The notes under the pieces are model-generated. The model did not search any database. It saw only the letters and a list, made by a program, of their open reading frames with translations, and was not told the origin of the DNA. Below, one piece after another: positions 1 through 8,682 of a stretch of 64,000 nucleotides of DNA. This DNA is from a virus. The translations under genes were made by a program, and so were the position numbers. The stretch is from the IMG/VR virus record IMGVR_UViG_3300046170_000289; one strand, given 5' to 3'. Position 1 is the first letter of the stretch, and the number at the start of each line of letters is the position of its first letter.

Positions 1-219
1 TCCGCTAATTTCCAAGAAGAATTTTGATTGATCACTGGGTGTATTCTCGTAGATGGATGAATCACCATAAGTTTTATGATCTTTATAACCTACCATACGA
101 CCTTTTGTATTTTGGATAGCACCCATCATAGCAATGATGAGGAAGATCGCAGGTGGACCGATGATGAGAGCACCACCGATAACATAGTAAGTGAGCAATT
201 CGATTAGGTCAGTAGACAT
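1..219 (-). CDS. Hypothetical membrane protein, 3' end runs off the window
   Basis: Hand translation MSTDLIELLTYYVIGGALIIGPPAIFLIIAMMGAIQNTKGRMVGYKDH..., one hydrophobic helix; not in ORF track. Confidence 0.55.
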   Translation of the reverse strand, partial: MSTDLIELLTYYVIGGALIIGPPAIFLIIAMMGAIQNTKGRMVGYKDHKTYGDSSIYENTPSDQSKFFLEISG

Positions 220-244
220 AAAACTTCACATGATAAGAAAAGAA

Positions 245-266
245 AAAGGGGTCCGTAGACCCCTTT
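245..266 (-). terminator. Intrinsic terminator after psbA
   Basis: Hairpin AGGGGTC-loop-GACCCCT followed by a T-run on the minus strand. Confidence 0.8.
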
Positions 267-285
267 GATTAGATTGTAACTAGAC

Positions 286-1362
286 TCAACCGATAGCGGG
301 AGCGGTGAGTGCCACGGGAGTGGACTCTGCTGCTGCCAGATCGAGAGGGAAGTTATGAGCGTTACGCTCGTGCATGACTTCCATACCAAGACCAGCGCGG
401 TTAAGCACGTCTGCCCAGGTAGGGAGGACACGACCATTGTTGTCCAAGATGGACTGGTTGAAGTTGAAACCGTTGAGGTTGAATGCCATGGTGCTTACGC
501 CCAGTGCAGTAAACCAGATTCCGACAACAGGCCATGCGGCAAGGAAGAAGTGAAGACTTCTGCTGTTGTTGAAGGAAGCGTATTGGAAGATCAAACGACC
601 AAAGTAACCATGAGCGGCGACGATGTTGTAAGTCTCTTCCTCTTGTCCAAACTTGTAACCATAGTTTTGTGACTCAGATTCAGTCGTCTCACGGACGAGT
701 GAAGAAGTAACAAGACTACCATGCATTGCCGAGAAGAGTGACCCACCGAAGACACCTGCTACTCCCAACATGTGGAAGGGGTGCATAAGGATGTTGTGCT
801 CTGCTTGGAATACAAGCATGTAGTTGAATGTACCAGAGATGCCAAGTGGCATTGCGTCAGAGAAAGAACCTTGACCGAAAGGATAGACCAGGAAGACTGC
901 GGATGCTGCTGCAACAGGTGCAGAGTATGCAACACAGATCCAAGGACGCATCCCAAGACGGTAAGACAATTCCCATTCACGTCCCATGTAGGCAAAGATG
1001 CCGATCAGGAAGTGGAAGATTACCAATTGGAAAGGACCACCGTTATACAACCACTCATCGAGTGAAGCTGCTTCCCAGATGGGGTAGAAGTGAAGACCAA
1101 TTGCGTTGGAGGATGGGACAACAGCACCAGAGATGATGTTGTTACCATACATGAGTGAACCTGCTACGGGCTCACGGATGCCGTCGATATCGACGGGAGG
1201 TGCCGCTACGAAAGCGATCACGAAGCAGATGGTTGCCGCCAACAGAGTTGGGATCATCAGCACACCAAACCAACCGACATAGAGACGGTTGTTTGTGGAA
1301 GTTACCCACTCGCAGAAGTTATCCCACGCGGAGGTAGTTTGTTGCCTTGAAAGAGTTGACAT
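286..1362 (-). CDS. psbA: Photosystem II D1 protein
   Basis: 358 aa, canonical D1 sequence ([36 protein letters not shown]); uninterrupted; GREWE gives the Glu130 high-light type. Confidence 0.99.
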   Translation of the reverse strand: MSTLSRQQTTSAWDNFCEWVTSTNNRLYVGWFGVLMIPTLLAATICFVIAFVAAPPVDIDGIREPVAGSLMYGNNIISGAVVPSSNAIGLHFYPIWEAASLDEWLYNGGPFQLVIFHFLIGIFAYMGREWELSYRLGMRPWICVAYSAPVAAASAVFLVYPFGQGSFSDAMPLGISGTFNYMLVFQAEHNILMHPFHMLGVAGVFGGSLFSAMHGSLVTSSLVRETTESESQNYGYKFGQEEETYNIVAAHGYFGRLIFQYASFNNSRSLHFFLAAWPVVGIWFTALGVSTMAFNLNGFNFNQSILDNNGRVLPTWADVLNRAGLGMEVMHERNAHNFPLDLAAAESTPVALTAPAIG

Positions 1363-1505
1363 TGAAATTTAGGGTAGGTAAGAGTGCAGGGAAACACTGA
1401 TATGATATTCCTGTGACACCCTCAGTCACAGGTATTAAGGACTGTTATTTAATGACGCTGTTTAGTCCTGGTGAGGCGTCAAGTGTGTCGTTGTGTAACG
1501 ACCGT
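1363..1505 (-). promoter_or_regulatory. Structured psbA 5' leader (PhotoRC-like candidate)
   Basis: Hairpins GTCGTT/AACGAC, TGACGC/GCGTCA and CCTGTGAC/GTCACAGG between promoter and ATG. Confidence 0.5.
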
Positions 1506-1508
1506 CCT

Positions 1509-1537
1509 ACTATATATGGTTTTCAACACCTTGTCAA
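1509..1537 (-). promoter_or_regulatory. Sigma70-type promoter of psbA
   Basis: TTGACA-N17-TATAGT on the minus strand. Confidence 0.8.
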
Positions 1538-3006
1538 GAATAATCGAAGGTGGACTCTAGGAAAACTGACATAGGAGGACATGACTCGGCATATTGTAGC
1601 ACACGTTGGTGCCTGATTGCCCACTCATCGACCTTGCGACGAGCAACAAGCTCTGGATACTTGAAGTATTCATTGAGTCGCTTGTTGACTGTAGTATAAC
1701 CAGATCCTGCAAGGATGTAAAGGACCTGAGTCTCCCCATGATTGACGGGTTCGTTGCCATTCATAATAAACTGAATGACTTCATGGGTGTTGCCTGTGAG
1801 ATCATACTCAACCTCATTGCTGACGTGATTCCAGAAGGGTGTGTCACGACGGCGACTGTAGTAATAGTGTGCCTCTACAAACTCACGCCATCCGTCCATA
1901 TGCTCAGTGAGATTATGGTTGAAGCGATCACGCTGGAATTGTCCAGGCAGAGGTGCCTCCCGCAGGAGGTCCATGAGAGCAAGGATGCCATGGTGTGTGT
2001 TGAAGAGACTTGTAGATTCTAGCGGCTCGATGAATCCAAATGAGAGTCCGATGGACACACAGTTACCTGTCCATGCCCTCTCGTGTCTGCCATTCTCAAA
2101 CTTGATCAGGCGAGCGTCATCGTATCCAAATTCTTTACGGGCATCCTCTTCGCTCTGAAACTTTGAGCAGAATACATATCCCCTGCTGAGGAAGTCATAG
2201 GTAGGGATGGTCCACTGCCAACCAGCAGTCATTGCTTTGGCGTTGGTGTAGGGGACCATCTCGGTCTCACGATTGGTGTAGTCAGTCTTAACTACAAGTG
2301 CGCTGTCAGTTACAATTGAATCGTAGGGTTGCCACTTGCTAAGCGCCCCTCCGACAACTGCTTGCTGCCCACTACAGTCGATAAAGAGATCACCAAAAAC
2401 CTTTTCTCCCCCAAGTTTGTATGGTCCACCTGTGACCACGACGTGCTCGACGTTCCTTCCTTTAGTAGCAACAGACTTAACTGTGCTATTAACCACCTTA
2501 AGATTTTTGCAGAAGGTCTTTCTGAGAAAGTCGGAGAAGGCTGCTCCGTTAATATGGAATGATCTGTCTTTAGCGAGGTCATATGGGTTTAAGATATCTT
2601 TATTCAGGGGGAGTCGTCCTGCCTCTGCTACTGCCGTGAATGGCATGAAGGTGTGTGCGAAAGGTGGAAGATTCTCTGGATGAAATGCTTTAGCGAGCAT
2701 CCACTCCTGAAATTTTATACGTTGGTTAACTGTTTGTCCATTAGGATAGTGAAATACTTCACCCTCGTTTACGAAACCATCAAACCTTGAAGAGGATTTG
2801 TATGTTGCTCGTGCTGCAGGGAGAAATACTTCATCAGTGATCCCCATGTATGAGAGATACTGATTGATGTGTGGCGTAGTGCTCTCTCCCACACCGATGG
2901 CATCACCACCATTGATCATAGTGATGTCCCAGTCTGGGAAAGTTTTACAAAAAGCAGCGGCAGTCATCCAACCAGATGTCCCGCCACCGACAATCACAAT
3001 ACGCAT
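1534..3006 (-). CDS. Flavin-dependent (tryptophan halogenase family) halogenase
   Basis: N-terminal GGGTSG FAD motif, GVGEST, ATYK, WQWTIP, FIEPLEST. Confidence 0.9.
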   Translation of the reverse strand: MRIVIVGGGTSGWMTAAAFCKTFPDWDITMINGGDAIGVGESTTPHINQYLSYMGITDEVFLPAARATYKSSSRFDGFVNEGEVFHYPNGQTVNQRIKFQEWMLAKAFHPENLPPFAHTFMPFTAVAEAGRLPLNKDILNPYDLAKDRSFHINGAAFSDFLRKTFCKNLKVVNSTVKSVATKGRNVEHVVVTGGPYKLGGEKVFGDLFIDCSGQQAVVGGALSKWQPYDSIVTDSALVVKTDYTNRETEMVPYTNAKAMTAGWQWTIPTYDFLSRGYVFCSKFQSEEDARKEFGYDDARLIKFENGRHERAWTGNCVSIGLSFGFIEPLESTSLFNTHHGILALMDLLREAPLPGQFQRDRFNHNLTEHMDGWREFVEAHYYYSRRRDTPFWNHVSNEVEYDLTGNTHEVIQFIMNGNEPVNHGETQVLYILAGSGYTTVNKRLNEYFKYPELVARRKVDEWAIRHQRVLQYAESCPPMSVFLESTFDYS

Positions 3007-3007
3007 G

Positions 3008-3154
3008 TTACTTTTTCTTTAGTGTCTTTTTAATTAGTTTAGCATACAAAACTTCCTCTGGTGTATACCAAGTGGGATGTTTCTTTGCTCCTTTAATTAG
3101 TTTCTTTACTGCTTTCTTTGTTGATAGTGGTTTCTTTGGATCCTGGTCCTGCAT
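3008..3154 (-). CDS. Small basic hypothetical protein (48 aa)
   Basis: Hand translation MQDQDPKKPLSTKKAVKKLIKGAKKHPTWYTPEEVLYAKLIKKTLKKK, stop abuts the halogenase start. Confidence 0.65.
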   Translation of the reverse strand: MQDQDPKKPLSTKKAVKKLIKGAKKHPTWYTPEEVLYAKLIKKTLKKK

Positions 3155-3407
3155 TTATGTTTTGCCATATTGAAAATTCTTTGAAGAGATTCTTGCCAAC
3201 AAAAGCATAAAGATCACCACCGTGATCTGCTAATTCTTTTTCTAATTCTTCTTGCGACGTTGGGATAGTCATCAACCCATTCGACACATAGTAGTGACAG
3301 AACTCATACACTTCTCTATTTATAGGGATTTCCTGATGAATGAATGCAGTCAAGCAGATCTGTCTCTCTGCCATCTTGCCATCGTCATAACGCCAGTCAT
3401 CAATCAT
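3093..3407 (-). CDS. Hypothetical protein
   Basis: 104-aa ORF in operon context. Confidence 0.65.
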   Translation of the reverse strand: MIDDWRYDDGKMAERQICLTAFIHQEIPINREVYEFCHYYVSNGLMTIPTSQEELEKELADHGGDLYAFVGKNLFKEFSIWQNINAGPGSKETTINKESSKETN

Positions 3408-3559
3408 TGAGCGATCATCCTGAATTCTTTTTTAGTTTGGAATACTTCTTGCCCTGTTTGACACAGGTGCAAGAGGAATTGAGCCTTGTGTATGGATAGG
3501 TTTGAGTAGTTTTTTAACTTGACCCAGTTACCATCCCAGTAAAACTCTAAGCAATACAT
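3404..3559 (-). CDS. Small hypothetical protein (51 aa)
   Basis: Hand translation MYCLEFYWDGNWVKLKNYSNLS...; ATGA overlap with the downstream ORF. Confidence 0.55.
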   Translation of the reverse strand: MYCLEFYWDGNWVKLKNYSNLSIHKAQFLLHLCQTGQEVFQTKKEFRMIAQ

Positions 3560-3562
3560 GAC

Positions 3563-4159
3563 TCATGCATCCAACCTGAGTTTATTTAGATAGTCCCAAG
3601 CATACACTTCGCGGTTGCCTTTGATGCCCCAACCTAACCAACGATAAGCAGGTTGCATATAGTCTGCAATGCTTAGTCCATTCGCTTGGAAGTATGGAAG
3701 TTGGCGCTGAAATATATTCTCGTTAACCATGTAACGAAGTTGGCAGTCGAATGTGGAGGGATCACACTCAAACTTAGTGGCAAATTTACCGAGGTTGACG
3801 TAGCGGTTTACGCTGGTCCACTGAATGATGCCATAACCACCCCGATAACAATCGTGGTAAGGAACTCTAGCACCTCCCTCGCATATATTGGCAGTGAAAT
3901 TAGACTCCTGTCTAATGTTGCCAAGAATTGTAGCAATAGCATTTTTGTCTGTGATATTTACTGATGGTGTTTGTAAATATGCTACGACCTGTGTTTCTTC
4001 TGGAGTGCAGTCAACGCACTGGTATGTTGTTGGTATCACCTCCTCCGCTGCTGGCATGTCTAGGAATTCGGGATCCCGAAGTCCTGATGCAACCATATCC
4101 TTAGGGTTGCTACATGCGATGAGGAAGGGAGCGGCAATAAATGCTGCTTTCTTGATCAT
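3563..4159 (-). CDS. Lipoprotein with phage-tail-lysozyme-like muralytic domain
   Basis: Lipobox LIAC at residue 16; NAIATILGNIRQES and GGYGIIQWT motifs. Confidence 0.7.
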   Translation of the reverse strand: MIKKAAFIAAPFLIACSNPKDMVASGLRDPEFLDMPAAEEVIPTTYQCVDCTPEETQVVAYLQTPSVNITDKNAIATILGNIRQESNFTANICEGGARVPYHDCYRGGYGIIQWTSVNRYVNLGKFATKFECDPSTFDCQLRYMVNENIFQRQLPYFQANGLSIADYMQPAYRWLGWGIKGNREVYAWDYLNKLRLDA

Positions 4160-4204
4160 TGTATGTCATCCAATAGAAAAGGGTGCTGCTGTCAGCACCC
4201 CAGT

Positions 4205-4232
4205 ATCATAGCGTATTTAGTGTGGTTGTCAA
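4205..4232 (-). promoter_or_regulatory. Sigma70-type promoter with an embedded late-like CTAAATA
   Basis: TTGACA-N16-TATGAT, spacer contains CTAAATA. Confidence 0.6.
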
Positions 4233-4366
4233 GAGGTTGGGTTGTAAGCAGGCATCATCATGCCACCACCGCCTTCGTCATCATCGTCCTCGTAGTCTGC
4301 TAGGAGCAGCAGGATTGCGAGAGGAGTGAGACAGAAGGCAATCGTCTGGACTACCTCTATACTCAT
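4229..4366 (-). CDS. Small membrane protein with acidic tail
   Basis: MSIEVVQTIAFCLTPLAILLLLADYEDDDDEGGGG...; TAATG coupling to the upstream hli. Confidence 0.6.
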   Translation of the reverse strand: MSIEVVQTIAFCLTPLAILLLLADYEDDDDEGGGGMMMPAYNPTS

Positions 4367-4473
4367 TACCAAATACCTGGGATAATTTGTCCCGTGACGG
4401 CATAGGTGCCAATTGCTGCGACGATACCGATCATCGCTGCCCATCCGTTGAATCTTTCTGCTTCAGGTGTCAT
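4366..4473 (-). CDS. hli: High-light-inducible protein, short form (35 aa)
   Basis: Hand translation MTPEAERFNGWAAMIGIVAAIGTYAVTGQIIPGIW, with ExxNGxxAM chlorophyll-binding motif; missed by ORF track. Confidence 0.92.
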   Translation of the reverse strand: MTPEAERFNGWAAMIGIVAAIGTYAVTGQIIPGIW

Positions 4474-4474
4474 C

Positions 4475-4693
4475 TTACCACACTCCGAAGAAGAGTTTGC
4501 CAGTGAAGGCATAGGACAGGAATGCAGATACGATGCCGAGCATTGCTAGGCGACCGTTGAGTTTCTCTGCGGACTCGTTGTGAGTTTCGTAAACGTCAGA
4601 TTGCATGGCTTCTTTTACTTTGGGGTCGATGTACATTTGGGGCTCGGTGGCATACATGTTAGTGCGTCCACCGTCTTCGATTGTAACAGTCAT
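4475..4693 (-). CDS. hli: High-light-inducible protein, long form
   Basis: AEKLNGRLAMLG motif plus N-terminal EDGGRTNMYATEP. Confidence 0.92.
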   Translation of the reverse strand: MTVTIEDGGRTNMYATEPQMYIDPKVKEAMQSDVYETHNESAEKLNGRLAMLGIVSAFLSYAFTGKLFFGVW

Positions 4694-4702
4694 TTGTTAA
4701 GG

Positions 4703-4747
4703 TATGTTACTTCTTGTAACTATATATAACATTTCTTAACTTGTCAA
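4703..4747 (-). promoter_or_regulatory. Sigma70 promoter of hli operon with HLR1-like direct repeat
   Basis: TTGACA-N17-TATAGT, overlapped by GTTACAAG-AA-GTAACATA. Confidence 0.7.
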
Positions 4748-4765
4748 GCCCCCTTGGGCAGATCC

Positions 4766-5107
4766 TTAAGAAAATGTGATGACATCCTGACCACCGATCA
4801 CTCCACCGAGGTCTACAGGTTGTGCTGCTTGGTCACCGTAGGCACTAAAGGTGATGTGATCACTGCCCTCACCACCAACGATACCAGTGTCAATGTTTTG
4901 GAAGTCATAGTTATCATTGAGATAGATCGGACTGCTAGGGAATTCGATCTGTGGCACGTCCTCTGCACATGCTTCAGTGATGGTCTGTAGACCATTGTAG
5001 TGACGCCACAACTCACTCAGGTGACTACGGTTGAAGTTGGGGTCGTCGATCGCACTGTGCAGTGCTTTCTTGAGTGCTTCTGTTGCTGCTGTCAATTCTG
5101 CTTTCAT
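4766..5107 (-). CDS. Hypothetical protein
   Basis: ORF; start moved to MKAELTAA, which follows the upstream gene. Confidence 0.6.
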   Translation of the reverse strand: MKAELTAATEALKKALHSAIDDPNFNRSHLSELWRHYNGLQTITEACAEDVPQIEFPSSPIYLNDNYDFQNIDTGIVGGEGSDHITFSAYGDQAAQPVDLGGVIGGQDVITFS

Positions 5108-5270
5108 AATTCCAGTGACGGATAACTCCGCTGACGATAAAACAATTGGTGACAAGATAGGATACAAAAATGCAGGTACGAATACCTGCAATGTAATTAT
5201 CGTAGGGTCCTGTCTTGTCATCAGAGAATGACCCTAGGGAATACTTCCATATATCGACTAACTTCTTCAC
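5025..5270 (-). CDS. Small hypothetical membrane protein
   Basis: ORF with a hydrophobic segment; ATGA overlap with the upstream gene. Confidence 0.55.
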   Translation of the reverse strand: MKKLVDIWKYSLGSFSDDKTGPYDNYIAGIRTCIFVSYLVTNCFIVSGVIRHWNYESRIDSSNRSTQESTAQCDRRPQLQP

Positions 5271-5797
5271 CGTTGGAATACAATGTTGAATGATAAACTT
5301 AGTCGATCATGGTCTGAAGTATTTGTTTTGATACCATGAGTGAGGTATCCAGGAAACAATACCATACTACCCTGAATAGGTTGTATGTCATGATAGTTTC
5401 TTGCTTGAGACCAGACGCTAGTGGTTGCTGCTAGTGCAGGATTCATGAAGTAAAGGTTACCCTCGTCTCCATTAGTCTTGTAATAGTATACACCAGACAT
5501 GTCAGAGTGACCATGCTGGTGTGCAACAGCATACTGACCAGGCTCTAACCTAGTCATCCATGATGCAGTGATACGAAAATCATCACGTCCTGTGTAATTC
5601 ATGATGTGATCTGCAATCTCTCTACCAAGACTATCAGGTATAATGGTCTTGGAAAATGTTTTATCAGAGATGAAATGAGTATCCCATAGGTTTTCCCATT
5701 CAATACTCGCCTCTACATCAGAGAGATCACTCTGAATTACATCATAGTTGGATACCTTCTCAAGGTATATCCTAGTGGGAAACAGATCTAGAAACAT
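5267..5797 (-). CDS. 2OG-Fe(II) oxygenase (TIGR02466-like)
   Basis: HQHGH..MSGVYY, LFPGYLTHG, RLSLSFN. Confidence 0.85.
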   Translation of the reverse strand: MFLDLFPTRIYLEKVSNYDVIQSDLSDVEASIEWENLWDTHFISDKTFSKTIIPDSLGREIADHIMNYTGRDDFRITASWMTRLEPGQYAVAHQHGHSDMSGVYYYKTNGDEGNLYFMNPALAATTSVWSQARNYHDIQPIQGSMVLFPGYLTHGIKTNTSDHDRLSLSFNIVFQR

Positions 5798-6023
5798 TTT
5801 CTTTTACATAGCAAGGCACACCAGCTGGGTCTAACCATTTGGCATACTCAAAGTCTTCAATAGCAAGAAGCAACTGATCACCATTATCAAAGAGATAGAT
5901 GTCAGAATACTTCTTAGTATACTCGTCTGCTTTTTGCAAACGATAGTCAGGTTTACCATTCAATTCAATGATACCCCTCTGCACATAGCGATATGGAAAC
6001 CGCTCGTGAATGACTGTGGTCAT
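5772..6023 (-). CDS. Hypothetical protein
   Basis: 83-aa ORF coupled to its neighbours. Confidence 0.65.
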   Translation of the reverse strand: MTTVIHERFPYRYVQRGIIELNGKPDYRLQKADEYTKKYSDIYLFDNGDQLLLAIEDFEYAKWLDPAGVPCYVKENVSRSVSH

Positions 6024-6190
6024 GGTCGTCTGAGTGTCTTCAGATATGATAGCACATCCTCACGGATCCACAACAGTTCGTGGTAGCATTTCTCGGAATG
6101 AGCACATGCCCTTAGACCTGGGTCTGGAGCGTAGACACTCTCGATAAAAATATCTAGTCCCCGATTCCACTTTTCGTCTTGCGTTTGCAT
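6020..6190 (-). CDS. Small hypothetical protein (56 aa)
   Basis: Hand translation MQTQDEKWNRGLDIFIESVYAPD...; AAGGAG RBS and ATGA overlap. Confidence 0.7.
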   Translation of the reverse strand: MQTQDEKWNRGLDIFIESVYAPDPGLRACAHSEKCYHELLWIREDVLSYLKTLRRP

Positions 6191-6198
6191 GTAACTCC

Positions 6199-6822
6199 TT
6201 AGGTAAAACTAAACCAACCTGTAATGATCTTCTTCTCTTCTGTATCAGACACCCTACCACGATGGTGGAATGTCCAATCTGCTGGCCAGATCACAGTGTA
6301 TCCACGCTGCGCTGGGACATACTTCTGTTGGTGATACCATTCAGTGCCACCATCAGGGACATCATTTAGATATGTCATGAAGACTAAATGACGGTAGGTG
6401 TTTCCAGGCAGAGCATTAGACCTTTCGGTATGCCACTGCTTGAATCCACCGCCTTTAGGATACCACTGCATAGACAGTGGTTCCTTTACTTGGAATCGTG
6501 AGGTCTCTGAGAATGGAAACCTCTCCAAGTATTGATTGAGCACGCCTTGAAGTGCCTTCAGGTAGTTAACCACTTCGGGGCAAGACAATTGATGGGGGAT
6601 GAGCAGATCGAGAGAGTCTTTATAACTCTTATCAACTGTTACATCTCCCTGTCGCATGACCATTCCCTCATGAAACTCCAAGACGTTTTGTTTATGCCAG
6701 AAATCTTCAAGTCCCGTCACAACGGATTCATCAATAAAGTTACCCCAGATAAAGTCATTACACTCATCATTAAGTGGGGTGCAGACGCGACCTTTATAAA
6801 TTACGATTTCTTCTTTAAGCAT
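6199..6822 (-). CDS. 2OG-Fe(II) oxygenase (prolyl-hydroxylase-like)
   Basis: WHTE, FMTYLND..GGTE, WTFHHRG, KKIITGW. Confidence 0.85.
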   Translation of the reverse strand: MLKEEIVIYKGRVCTPLNDECNDFIWGNFIDESVVTGLEDFWHKQNVLEFHEGMVMRQGDVTVDKSYKDSLDLLIPHQLSCPEVVNYLKALQGVLNQYLERFPFSETSRFQVKEPLSMQWYPKGGGFKQWHTERSNALPGNTYRHLVFMTYLNDVPDGGTEWYHQQKYVPAQRGYTVIWPADWTFHHRGRVSDTEEKKIITGWFSFT

Positions 6823-6845
6823 AAGTATCCCGACCAGGGTAAAGT

Positions 6846-7070
6846 TTAGGTCATTTCCAAGACGCCATCGGCAATCATGTTATCAATGAGAATCGTATAG
6901 TCCTCCTCTACATCTAGTCCCCAAAAGTGGACGTGACGTGCGCTCTTATCACTATAAAAACGACAGAGTGCTTGGAAGAGGGGTGGATACTCTATGTCAA
7001 GGGCAATGTTACCATTGACAGTATCCTTCAGGATTTGCATTGAATCTGCAAAGCGATCTCTAACAGTCAT
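6846..7070 (-). CDS. Hypothetical protein
   Basis: 74-aa ORF with GGAG RBS. Confidence 0.65.
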   Translation of the reverse strand: MTVRDRFADSMQILKDTVNGNIALDIEYPPLFQALCRFYSDKSARHVHFWGLDVEEDYTILIDNMIADGVLEMT

Positions 7071-7112
7071 GACTGACTCCTATGTGGTTTTCCGACTTGC
7101 ACCGAAGTGCAA

Positions 7113-7186
7113 CGATCCAGGTTGGATTCGAACCAACGACCGACTGCTTAGAAGGCAGTTGCTCTATTCCACTGAGCTACTGGACC
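7113..7186 (-). tRNA. tRNA-Arg(UCU), CCA not encoded
   Basis: GGTCCAG acceptor, TAGCTCAGTGG D arm, ACTGC-CTTCTAA-GCAGT anticodon arm, GTTCGAATC T loop. Confidence 0.95.
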
Positions 7187-7191
7187 GAGGG

Positions 7192-7782
7192 TTAAGCAGG
7201 AATACGCACTATAGGATCGCCTTCCCACATAGTCCTCTTAACCTTGTCAACTTTACCTCGTATGTTAAACGAGACAATGGTGCGTGATTTGTCAGACTCA
7301 TTGGGTAGTGCCTCATGTGCAATGGTTGCTGGAAAGATAACCATGTCCCCTTCATTAACAGGTGGGATGAAGGTCTGTAACCTACCACTCCAAGGGTTAT
7401 TGAAAGGTGAGATGAATTGCGTGGCTTGATGGACTTTAGGATCAAAGTCCACATACATTACTGCTGACCATCCACTGTGTCCATGATTGTGTAGACCGTG
7501 CTTCTGACCTTTGTATGATGTTTGACACCACATGTCAGTAAACTCGATGCGTCTACGCTCAGTAAACTCAGCAAGGTATGGCTCGATGATAGCAATCACC
7601 GTGTCAGCATAAGCAGGCAGCAACTTCTCATCCTGATGGAAGAAGTCAGTATACTGCTCGCCGTTAGATTCTAGATGCTCTTGCCCAAAGATGGGGAGAG
7701 CATTCATAATCCTTTCTTTATTCTGTTTCCAATTCTGTATTTCATAGTGTGCAATCGGAATAGAAAATAAAGAATGAATCAT
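7192..7782 (-). CDS. 2OG-Fe(II) oxygenase (TIGR02466-like)
   Basis: HNHGHSGWSAV, IFPATIAHE, RTIVSFN. Confidence 0.85.
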   Translation of the reverse strand: MIHSLFSIPIAHYEIQNWKQNKERIMNALPIFGQEHLESNGEQYTDFFHQDEKLLPAYADTVIAIIEPYLAEFTERRRIEFTDMWCQTSYKGQKHGLHNHGHSGWSAVMYVDFDPKVHQATQFISPFNNPWSGRLQTFIPPVNEGDMVIFPATIAHEALPNESDKSRTIVSFNIRGKVDKVKRTMWEGDPIVRIPA

Positions 7783-7928
7783 GCTGTTTCAGATTGTTGT
7801 TTGATCTTCTCTGCGAGGACTTGACCCCGTAGGTGATCTCCTGCTGCTAAGGCTTCGTGTAATTGATCCACTAGAAATTCGATTGTATAATTAATCTCAT
7901 CAATCTCCTCAAGAAATTGATCTTCCAT
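7779..7928 (-). CDS. Small acidic hypothetical protein (49 aa)
   Basis: Hand translation MEDQFLEEIDEINYTIEFLVDQLHEA...; AAGGAG RBS. Confidence 0.65.
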   Translation of the reverse strand: MEDQFLEEIDEINYTIEFLVDQLHEALAAGDHLRGQVLAEKIKQQSETA

Positions 7929-7955
7929 GATGGGTCTCCGCTCCTTAACTTGCTA

Positions 7956-7985
7956 ATTATATATGCTCGATAGGTCAGGTGTCAA
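7956..7985 (-). promoter_or_regulatory. Sigma70-type promoter
   Basis: TTGACA-N18-TATAAT. Confidence 0.65.
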
Positions 7986-8313
7986 CCCCGAAATGTTTGA
8001 TAAACCATTCGGCATCCACTACCACTAGAGGTTGCTTCCTGTTTTTCTTCATAAAAAGAATAGGTTCGTGATCTCCTGAGTTGGCACATGCCTGATCGTA
8101 AGCATCGTAGACATTTAATTTCTCTACATTCTTACACTCAATACTAAAAGGAAACTTCTTCCTAGCATCTCGTGCCATGATAAGATCTTCTCCACCAGCA
8201 CCCATGCTGCGAGACTCAATGTCCTCTGGGTGGACATCTCTATGCTCAATGAGCATATCTCTCACCCACTTCTGGAAGTTTCTACCCTTTGCTTTCGCAC
8301 TCTGTGGTTTCAT
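7975..8313 (-). CDS. PD-(D/E)xK nuclease, Holliday-junction-resolvase-like
   Basis: KGRNFQ..VRD, GGEDL, FSIECK motif arrangement. Confidence 0.7.
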   Translation of the reverse strand: MKPQSAKAKGRNFQKWVRDMLIEHRDVHPEDIESRSMGAGGEDLIMARDARKKFPFSIECKNVEKLNVYDAYDQACANSGDHEPILFMKKNRKQPLVVVDAEWFIKHFGVDT

Positions 8314-8477
8314 CTTCCTTCTCGCTCATCGAGTGCCTCGTGAATGATTTCCTTCAACTCGATACGCTCTTGTGGTGTGAAGATTGTCCGCTTGGGTACG
8401 ACAAGAGGAGGATACTCACGTTGTGGGATCGCTGGTCCTTTACCAGGCAATGACATACCCTGAGTATCAATCTTCAT
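8310..8477 (-). CDS. Hypothetical protein
   Basis: ORF, likely start MKIDTQG. Confidence 0.55.
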   Translation of the reverse strand: MKIDTQGMSLPGKGPAIPQREYPPLVVPKRTIFTPQERIELKEIIHEALDEREGR

Positions 8478-8682
8478 CTTCTTCTGTCTCCTTCTTAAAT
8501 CCAAACGGTGCAACCTTATCTTCCTCCAGTCTCAACTTGAGTGCAACAGCACCCAGAGACTCCATTACTTTGAGGATGTCTTCGGTCTTAGCATCACCGC
8601 CCAATTCTTTGGCAACATACCAATACTTTTCCCAGAAAGTATCGCCTGCCTTTTTGTAATCATCTAGTGTTAGTAGTTTCAT
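8467..8682 (-). CDS. Hypothetical protein
   Basis: 71-aa ORF coupled to its neighbours. Confidence 0.7.
   Translation of the reverse strand: MKLLTLDDYKKAGDTFWEKYWYVAKELGGDAKTEDILKVMESLGAVALKLRLEEDKVAPFGFKKETEEDED

Noticed and set aside
1485-1502. HLR1-like site in the psbA leader (GTTACACA-AC-GACACACT)
   Set aside because: The second half-site is a poor match and the sequence is explained by a hairpin.
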